Positions 9,507 through 18,000 of a stretch of 64,000 bases of DNA are shown piece after piece. Numbering within the stretch: the stretch's first letter is position 1; every line of letters begins with the position of its first letter. Origin of the DNA: Candidatus Hodarchaeota archaeon. GTDB lineage: Archaea; Asgardarchaeota; Lokiarchaeia; Sigyniarchaeales; SOKP01. The position numbers and the translations under genes were made by a program. The notes under the pieces were generated by a model. It did no database searches, was not told where the DNA came from, and was given only the letters and a program-made list of their open reading frames with translations. Where the stretch lies: positions 1-64,000 of the forward strand of contig JBHLKM010000014.1 of the NCBI GenBank assembly GCA_048886685.1. The letters run 5' to 3'.

Positions 9507-11225
9507 ATGATGCAAGAAATGTCTTACAAAGATAGATTCTGGAAGAAAAACTATGATCCTGGGATACATGATCTAGATCCTAAAGAATTTGAAACCTCTT
9601 TTATTCAAGGGACAAGAAGAACATTTGAAGAAGTCCCTGATAAAGTGGCTTTCTTTTTTTATGGTACTGAGGTTTCATATGGAGAATTAGACAAACTCTC
9701 AAATGAATTTGCCAACATGCTGATTGAAAATGGACTTAAAAAAGGAGATGTATTAGCAATATGTCTTGTAAACATACCAGAATATGTAATTGGCGTTTTA
9801 GGGGGTTTAAAGGCAGGGCTAATCGTCTCTGGAGTTTCTCCGCTTCTTTCAGCTGTTCAGATCCATTATCAATTGAATGATCTAGGATCCGGTGGAAAAC
9901 AACTAGCACTTCTGTCATTAGATGCTGTATTTGCTGGTCACATAACAAAAATTTATGATAAGATTCCCGCACTAAAACTAGTCATTGCTACCAGTATTGG
10001 TGGTTTTATGCCAAAAATGTTAGCAAGGCTAGGAAAGATGTTTCATAAAATACCTAAGGGAAAGATTACCGCACTAGAAGGAAAAATAGTGTATGAATAT
10101 CATAAAGATGTTAAAGGAAATTACTCTGATGAGTTACCAGATATTAAAGTTAGTCCAGATGATATAGCTTTTATTCAATACACTGGAGGGACAACAGGGC
10201 CCCCTAAAGGAGCCATGCTAAGCCACAGAAATTTCGTTTCTGATGTTAAAATATTTCAACATTGGCTTAGTTGGGAGTTTGGTAAGGGTTTTGGTTTATC
10301 AGGATTTCCATTTTTCCACATAGCAGGATTATTCACCTGCGCTAATGTAATAATGTTAGGTTGGAGTCAAATCTTAATCCCTAATCCAAGAGATACTGAT
10401 CACATCATAAAGGAAATGTTGAAATACAGACCAAGTGTACTGGCTAACGTACCTACATTATATCAAATGCTCCTAAAGAACCCAAAATTCAAAAAGATCG
10501 ATAGGGAAATGATTGATTATGTAATTTCAGCAGCAGCACCGTTCCCAAAGGAATCACAGGAGATATTAGAAAGTGTTATTGGGGAAGGAAAGTTAATCGA
10601 ATTATATGGTATGACTGAAACTTCACCTCTAACGATTGGAAATCCTTCAAAAGGTAAAAAGAAGTTAGGACATGTTGGGTTACCCTTCCCAAATGTGGAT
10701 TTCAAATTACTTGATCCTGATACGGGTGCTGAAGTACCAATTGGGGAACCAGGAGAAATTTGTGTCAAGGGTCCAATGGTAATGCAAGGGTATTATAATA
10801 AACCCGAAGAGACTAAGAAGGCGAAAGATGCTGATGGATTCATGCATACAGGGGATATGGGGGCGATGGATGAAGAGGGATATGTAAAAATTGTAGATAG
10901 AACCAAGGACATGATTATTGTAGGAGGATATAAAGTTTTCTCTGCAAAATTAGAGGATACCTTAACAAAACATCCTGCGATTGAAATGGTTGCTACTATT
11001 GGTGTTCCAAATCCAGAAAGGCCAGGTTCTGAAATAGTAAAAGCATTCATTCAACTTGATCCTGACTTTAAATATGATGGTAATGAAGAAGCCCTTAAGG
11101 AAGATATTCTAGCCTTTGCTAAAGAGAATTGCGCGCCATATGAAGTTCCAAAATCCTTTGAAATTACTGAAGAATTACCGCTTACATCTGTGGGGAAAGT
11201 GGACAAGAAGTTATTAAGAGAGTGA
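9507..11225 (+). CDS. fadD: Long-chain fatty-acid--CoA ligase (AMP-forming)
   Basis: YTGGTTGPPKG, YGMTE, TGD, VDRTKD, PLTSVGK. Confidence 0.9.
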   Translation: MMQEMSYKDRFWKKNYDPGIHDLDPKEFETSFIQGTRRTFEEVPDKVAFFFYGTEVSYGELDKLSNEFANMLIENGLKKGDVLAICLVNIPEYVIGVLGGLKAGLIVSGVSPLLSAVQIHYQLNDLGSGGKQLALLSLDAVFAGHITKIYDKIPALKLVIATSIGGFMPKMLARLGKMFHKIPKGKITALEGKIVYEYHKDVKGNYSDELPDIKVSPDDIAFIQYTGGTTGPPKGAMLSHRNFVSDVKIFQHWLSWEFGKGFGLSGFPFFHIAGLFTCANVIMLGWSQILIPNPRDTDHIIKEMLKYRPSVLANVPTLYQMLLKNPKFKKIDREMIDYVISAAAPFPKESQEILESVIGEGKLIELYGMTETSPLTIGNPSKGKKKLGHVGLPFPNVDFKLLDPDTGAEVPIGEPGEICVKGPMVMQGYYNKPEETKKAKDADGFMHTGDMGAMDEEGYVKIVDRTKDMIIVGGYKVFSAKLEDTLTKHPAIEMVATIGVPNPERPGSEIVKAFIQLDPDFKYDGNEEALKEDILAFAKENCAPYEVPKSFEITEELPLTSVGKVDKKLLRE

Positions 11226-11233
11226 ATAAAACG

Positions 11234-12028
11234 TTAATTTTTTTTATATTTTTTTAAATTTTTACCGATTTTTTCCTCAACAAGAGAAACTATTTTTGGA
11301 AAAATTTCTCCAATTTTATCATGAATAACTATCGTTGCCATAGAATCAAAATCAGTTTCTTGGATATTTATAATAGCTAACTTTGCACCATTTGACAATG
11401 CTCTTTGGGGGTACCAAGCCACAGGATAAACAACTAAACTACTTCCTAATACAATTATTAGATCACAGTCCTTTACCATTTGATCTGCTGCCATTAAAAC
11501 TTGGGATTCTAAAGGTTCTCCAAAAAATATTGCATTTGGTTTTAACATTCCATTACAATCTTCACATGAAGGCCTATTACCTTGTAAAACTTGATTAACC
11601 ATAGTAGTAATCGGAAAGATTTTTCCACAGTTTAAACATTTTGCTTCCATTACATTTCCATGGAATTCAACGATATTATTAGTTTTAGCTTTGTGATGCA
11701 AACGATCAATATTCTGAGTAAGAACACCCTTTAATTTGCCAAGTTTTTGCAGTTTAGTAAGAGCCTTATGACCTTGGTTAGGTTTTGCACTAAAAATCGC
11801 CTTTCCGGTTTCTAGCATAAACTCCAAGTTTTTAGTTGGATGTGCCATATATGAATCGATTGAGGCATATTCATAAGGGTCTACTTTTTCCCATAATCCG
11901 GTTCCAGGAGACCTAAAATCAGCGATTCCACTTTCGGTACTCATACCTGCTCCTGTGAGTACCACAATATTTTTTGAGTCAAGAATTAATCTTACAAATT
12001 TCTCAATCTTTTCTTCTAAATTAAACAT
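11234..12028 (-). CDS. cobB: NAD-dependent protein deacylase, Sir2/CobB family
   Basis: TGAGMSTESGIADFR, TQNIDRLH, HG, two CxxC, GSSLVVYP. ATG at 12028 (the ORF extends to 12043). Confidence 0.92.
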   Translation of the reverse strand: MFNLEEKIEKFVRLILDSKNIVVLTGAGMSTESGIADFRSPGTGLWEKVDPYEYASIDSYMAHPTKNLEFMLETGKAIFSAKPNQGHKALTKLQKLGKLKGVLTQNIDRLHHKAKTNNIVEFHGNVMEAKCLNCGKIFPITTMVNQVLQGNRPSCEDCNGMLKPNAIFFGEPLESQVLMAADQMVKDCDLIIVLGSSLVVYPVAWYPQRALSNGAKLAIINIQETDFDSMATIVIHDKIGEIFPKIVSLVEEKIGKNLKKYKKN

Positions 12029-12119
12029 GTAGAAAATACTCAAAAGGGTAATTAGAACTGAAAAATGATATTAAGAATATTTATAATAATATATTAAACC
12101 AAAATTATTTTTTATCTTT

Positions 12120-12749
12120 TTAGAAAAAGAAATCCATTAAATCATAAATATCTAATAACTTTTCTACTGTGAGGTAGGAATACCCTTTTGTGTCATCTAG
12201 AGTTTTATTTTGAACTCCTTTTTGATCATTCCAAAACATGGTAAATATCATTCCAAGGTATTTTCCATATATTAAAAGCCCTCCTTCAAAATCTCCTTCA
12301 TCATCTTTGGTTATTATGCCAAAAGAATTGTCGTCTTCAATTTCAGTTAAAAATTCAATTAATTGTTTATAAAATTTTGAACCCAGAAACGATCTATCTT
12401 TAACACTTGCAACTTTATGATCAAATCCCCTCCCTCCTCTCCTAGGTACTTTTAAATGGTAAAAGCGTAATGTGTTTTCTAATTCGTTTATAGTACTTCG
12501 AGCATTATCAAGTAATTGATCATTAATAGACGCTTCTTCTTCCACATCATCAATTTTTTGAGAACCCCTATGCCTTCCATTGTTATCTATAAACGCAATA
12601 AAAGGTGGACATTTTTCTCCATTTGGATGATTTTTTATTAAGATTGTGAAAAGGCCTGTCTTTTTTTGAAACTCTACTTGCTTTCTAAAACTCTCCTTAC
12701 AATACGGACATATCATATTTACTAATGTAGTTTCCTCTGTCCCGATCAC
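12120..12749 (-). CDS. Hypothetical protein with an N-terminal Zn-binding module and a possible longin/roadblock-like C-terminal domain
   Basis: CPYC...H...C-PPFIAFIDNNG, followed by an alpha/beta C-terminal half. Confidence 0.6.
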   Translation of the reverse strand: MIGTEETTLVNMICPYCKESFRKQVEFQKKTGLFTILIKNHPNGEKCPPFIAFIDNNGRHRGSQKIDDVEEEASINDQLLDNARSTINELENTLRFYHLKVPRRGGRGFDHKVASVKDRSFLGSKFYKQLIEFLTEIEDDNSFGIITKDDEGDFEGGLLIYGKYLGMIFTMFWNDQKGVQNKTLDDTKGYSYLTVEKLLDIYDLMDFFF

Positions 12750-13085
12750 AGTCTTTCATATGGATAATCTAGTTTGAATTTTTAAATTTTAGTAAAAAGA
12801 AAATTATGAATCCAAATCGCTTACGAATTCAGATACTTTTTAAAGAAATCAGATCAAAAATACTTTAAAGTAAAACCAATTTAAAATTATCCTATTAAAA
12901 TTTTTATTCTTAATTTAAAAAATCCTTTAGAAACAATAAAAATTTAATAGAAGTATTTTTATTAATCAAATATATGAATAGTATTACTCAAGCATTAAAA
13001 ATTCAATAATTTTAAAAAAAATAGCTAACATTAAAATTTTGGATTCAACCCTATATTGAGCCATATAGATTAACCAGAAAGGTGA

Positions 13086-13649
13086 ATGGGTAAAATTTCA
13101 GAGAAATCTATCAGATCCTTCATATATAAAGTTTGTGTTGTAGGTGATGGTGGAGTAGGCAAGACTTCCATGGTTCTTCGCTACTGTGAAAATACTTTTA
13201 AAGAAAATTATATCATGACAATTGGATCTAATTTCTCTACTAAGCAAGTTGAGTTAGAAGAATATCCAAATTATATTGTTAAGCTCCAACTCTGGGATCT
13301 CGCAGGACAAAAGCATTTCAGCTTCGTTCGCCCACCTTTTTATAGAGGAAGCACTGCAATTGTATACGTTTACGATCTAACACGCAGAAGCTCCTTCCAA
13401 AACATTCCTGCGTGGAAAACAGAAGTAGAAAAAGTAGTTGGCGACGGTAAGCCGAGTATCTTAGTAGGAAACAAAATTGATCTAGCAGAACAAGGAAATA
13501 GAGAAGTTGGAGCGACAGATGGTGAAGCATTAAAAGATGAAATTAACGCAATTGCGTATTATGAAGCAAGTGCGAAGGATAATATTCAAGTTGACACGAT
13601 ATTTAAAGATATTACATTAGCTATTTTGAAAAACACCCAGAAGATTTAA
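13086..13649 (+). CDS. Rab-like Ras-superfamily small GTPase
   Basis: GDGGVGKT, TIG, WDLAGQ, FYRGS, NKID, SAK. No C-terminal prenylation motif. Confidence 0.93.
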   Translation: MGKISEKSIRSFIYKVCVVGDGGVGKTSMVLRYCENTFKENYIMTIGSNFSTKQVELEEYPNYIVKLQLWDLAGQKHFSFVRPPFYRGSTAIVYVYDLTRRSSFQNIPAWKTEVEKVVGDGKPSILVGNKIDLAEQGNREVGATDGEALKDEINAIAYYEASAKDNIQVDTIFKDITLAILKNTQKI

Positions 13650-13748
13650 CTTTTTATTGACTATAAACATTAAGTTAAAATTCTTTAGATTATTTAGATA
13701 GTAAATTCAAACTATTATTATTAATAGAAAAAGAAGGTTAGAATTGGT

Positions 13749-14468
13749 ATGTTTGGTGGACAAGGTAGAGCTTACGACAGGGCGCTAACAGTATTCAGCC
13801 CAGAGGGACGCCTATTTCAGGTGGAGTATGCATTAGAAGCAGTTAGACGGGGAACTCTTGTTGTAGCAATAAAATCTGAGGAAGATATATGTTTAGCTGC
13901 TCAGATCAAGATTACCTCCAATTTAATGGATGGTGATTCAATAGACAAAATATTTCAAGTTGATGAACATATCGGAGTTGCCATTTCAGGATTACATGCG
14001 GACTCTCGAACACTCATTAATTATGCTAGAGTTCAAGCACAATCGTTTAGATTGACATATGATGAACCAGTTAGACTTAATATGTTAGCTAAAGCGGTTG
14101 CAGACTTGAAGCAGCAATATACTCAGTTTGGAGGCGTAAGGCCTTGGGGTTGTGCACTCTTTTTCATCGGAATAGATGCTATGGGCACCCAGATTTACAC
14201 AACATCGCCTAGCGGAATTTATCGGCCATTCAAAGCCTACGCACTTGGAAATGGGGAGGCAAACGCGAGACAATTTCTTATTGATAACTATAAGGAAAAT
14301 ATGACTTTTGATGAGTTAATTAGTTTAGCTTTAAAATCGCTTAAAGATTCGATAGATGAGGAAGCTACTAAAGATAATATTAGACTTTCTTGGATAAAAG
14401 GTGAAACAAAAAAATTCTATATGGCTAACAAGTCAGAAGTTGAAGAGTTTTTGAATAAATTAGAATAA
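13749..14468 (+). CDS. psmA: Proteasome subunit alpha
   Basis: YDRALTVFSPEGRLFQVEYA signature; YTQFGGVRPWG. Confidence 0.95.
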   Translation: MFGGQGRAYDRALTVFSPEGRLFQVEYALEAVRRGTLVVAIKSEEDICLAAQIKITSNLMDGDSIDKIFQVDEHIGVAISGLHADSRTLINYARVQAQSFRLTYDEPVRLNMLAKAVADLKQQYTQFGGVRPWGCALFFIGIDAMGTQIYTTSPSGIYRPFKAYALGNGEANARQFLIDNYKENMTFDELISLALKSLKDSIDEEATKDNIRLSWIKGETKKFYMANKSEVEEFLNKLE

Positions 14469-14580
14469 TTCTCTTTTTTACTACTTATTATAAAAGGTTT
14501 TATTTTCAGAATTTATATTATAGGTAGGAAAAAATTATTACAAATTTTTTCAGATAATTAAATTTAGGTAGGCGTATGGT

Positions 14581-14973
14581 ATGGCAAAAAAGAAAATTAG
14601 AGAAGAATTTGATAAGGTTTTCAAGAAAGGTGATGAAAAAGCAATAAAGAAGTTGTTAGATAAGAATCCATGGCTTCAAGATGAAATTTCAAGTTCCATG
14701 GATGCTGGTATGGCTGAACAAAACCAAATCATTGCTGCTTTGGGTGTCATGGAAGATGAGCTTGGAGGTGCGGTACCAATTGATGATATTGTGTTTAGTC
14801 TTAGAGTGGACTTTAGTACTCGTAAAAGTGACACTGAAGTTCATGAAGTTTTGAGGAGCGTTGAAAATTTAAATCTAGTTAAAAGAGATTCTAATGGATG
14901 GACTTTGACAACTGAAGGAGGAAAAATTTGTGATGAATTTCTTAATAAAAATTTAGGAAAGTTTGAACTGTAA
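14581..14973 (+). CDS. Hypothetical protein with a C-terminal winged-helix domain
   Basis: VLRSVENLNLVKRDSNGWTLTTEG winged-helix pattern. Confidence 0.6.
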   Translation: MAKKKIREEFDKVFKKGDEKAIKKLLDKNPWLQDEISSSMDAGMAEQNQIIAALGVMEDELGGAVPIDDIVFSLRVDFSTRKSDTEVHEVLRSVENLNLVKRDSNGWTLTTEGGKICDEFLNKNLGKFEL

Positions 14974-15083
14974 TTAATTAAATTTTTATTTTTGATTTAT
15001 GAATTGTAGTATTAGTAGAATTATCAAAATTATTTTAGATATTGATTATTATCAATTACTCTATACTTAATTATTCTTAAAAG

Positions 15084-18000
15084 TTGACGGATATTATGGA
15101 TAAACAAGAAGAAGGAGAAGAGGATTTTGAGCAAGAATTCGATGAAAATGGTTTCGATCCAACAAAAGAAGCTTTTTTTTCAGATTTAATGGGAATGGAA
15201 GAAGATATTGCTTCTGAGGCTTATGAGTTGGTTGAACATGCTATAAATCTAATAGATTCTAAATATTTTGATGATGGAATAGAAGTTTTACGACAAGCTA
15301 TTGGATTATACACCCAAATAAATAGAGAAGAAGAAATTAAGGCTATAAATGAAAAAATATCCGAAGTCTATTTATTAAAAGAACAAGTGTTTAGAGAAGG
15401 AGAAATCGAAGAGGAAAAGGTTGAACAGTTTGAGATCGTGGAAGAAACATTAGCTTCAGATCTTCAAGTTGAGCTGGCAGAAGGAGAAATAAAAGTAGAT
15501 TTATTTGCAGAAGCAGTTCAATTAATAAATGAGGGTAAAGAATTTTTGGAAAATAAGAAATTCGAAGAAGCGTTAGATAAATATGATCAAGCCGTCGAAA
15601 TTTTCGAAAGCCTGGATAAACCAGATGAAGTTGAAAAGATCTTTAAATTAATAGAGGAATGTTACAATAAAAAAGCAAAGTTTTTGCGCGGTGTTAAATT
15701 TCCTATCCCTGAAATAGAAACTGAGCCAAAACAAAAGCAAATCCTCAAAGAAGACCAATTAAAAGACGAAAAGTTAAAAAAATATCTAGAAGCTAAAAAA
15801 AGGGAAGAAGAAATTTCATCACAGGCATATGAACTATTAGGAAAGGCAGCAGAATTGACTAAAAGCAAACAATATGATGAAGCCTTACAATTATATAGCG
15901 AAGGGAGTAAATTATTTCAAGAATTAAAATGGGACTATGAAGTGGAAAAAGTTCAAGAAACAATATCTCAATTGGAGAATGAGCGCTCATCGTATTTAAT
16001 AGAGCTAGAAAGAGAGAAAGCAGAAAAGATGGGACAAGTAGAAATTAGGGTTCAACAAGAAGAAACTATTAAACAACAAGTAGTAGAGCGAGAGGAACAA
16101 GAAATAGTGGAGAGATTAGAAAGATTGAGAGAAATGGAATTTCAGAAGATGGAAACTGAGTTTTTTAAGGCACAAATTGATAATATGGCCACCGAAGCAT
16201 CTCGTATGGTTCGTGAGTATGAATTAGCAATGCAGAGAGCCATTAAAAAAGGAGAATTAATTGAGGAATGTGTCTATCCTCAAGTTATAGAGATCTATAA
16301 AAGAATAAAAGAATTGCTAATTGATAAAGGATGGAGAAATGAAGCAGCAATTTATGATGATACTATTGACATATATATTCAAAAATTTGAACAAGATAAG
16401 AAAATTAGACAAATTGAAGCTGAAAAAGTAATTAAGCAAAAAGAAGCCGAGGAGTTGCTAAAAATTTCAAAAGAAGAAACAACGGTTGTTTTAAATGAAG
16501 AGCAGTTAAAAGTTTTGGAAGAACAACGTAAAAAGGAAGTTGAAATTCAAAATCTCATAACAAAAATTGATGAAATGACCGGCAGAGCAGAAAAATTAGC
16601 AAGAGAATATGAAGTAGCACTAAGAAAAGGAAAATTCGAATTAAAATGTCCTTATCCTGAAATAATAGAGTTTTTCAAAACGGTAAGACAATTATCACTT
16701 GAGAAAGGCTGGGAATCTGATGCGGCAATCTTTTTGAGTCAAATTCAAGCTTTCAAAGAAAAGCTAGAAAAAGATAAAAAATTAAGGCAGATAGAAGCAG
16801 AGAAAGTACAAAAACAGATAAAAGCAGAAGATCTGTCGAAAATACAAAAAGAAGAAAAGGAGATCAGCGTTGATAAGGAAAAATTAAGAAAAATTGAAGA
16901 AAAGAAAAGATTAGCAGAAGAAGAAGAAAAATTTGAACAATTAATTAATGATATGGTTAATAAAGCTGAAAAAATGGGACGTGAATATGATACTGAAATG
17001 AAAAAAGCTGTAAGGCAGGGTAAATTAGCAGAGAATCCTCCTTTTGAGGAAATAATTCAGATTTATGAAAGGGTAAAACAAATGGTACTCGCAAAAGGAA
17101 GGAATGAAGAAGGTACAGTTTATGATAATCAAATAAATTATTATTCTCAGAAATGGGAAAAAGATAGGAAATTACGCGAAGTTGAAGCTCAGAAAATTCA
17201 AAGGCAAAAAGAACTTGATGAAATGCAAAAAATTGGGATTGATGAGAAAAAATTAAAAGTTATTGAAATAAAAAGGGAACAAGAGGATTTTGAAACGTAT
17301 ATAGCTGATATGGTTAATAAAGCTGAGAAATTAGTACGAGAACATGAAAACGAAATGAGAAAATCCATGAGACATGGAGAAATCTTAGAAAGTACACCGT
17401 ATTCTGAAGTTATTGAGATTTATAAGCAGATAAGAGAGAAAGTTTATGCTCGGGGATGGAGAGAGCAAGCAGAAATATTTACTAACCAGATTAAAATTTA
17501 TCAAGATAAGATGGAAAAACATGAAAAATTACTTGAAGTAGAAGCTCAAAAAATTCAAAGAGAAAAAGATCTTGAAGATATGCATAAAGTAGAAAAGACT
17601 GTTGAGATTGATAAGGATAAATTAAAAGCTATAGAAAAGAAACGCGAGCAAGAGGATTTTGAAACGTACATAACTGATATGGTTAATAAAGCTGAGAAAT
17701 TAGTACGAGAACATGAGAGCGAAATGAGAAAATCCATGAGAAGTGGAGAAATCTTAGAAAGTACACCGTATTCTGAAGTTATTGAGATTTATAAGCAGAT
17801 AAGAGAGAAAGTTTATGCTCAGGGATGGAGAGAGCAAGCAGAAATATTTACTAACCAGATTAAAATTTATCAAGATAAGTTGGAAAAACATGAAAAATTA
17901 CTTGAAGTAGAAGCTCAAAAAATTCAAAGAGAAAAAGATCTTGAAGATATGCTTAAAGTAGAAAAGATTGTTGAGAATGATAAAGATAAATTAAAAAAAT

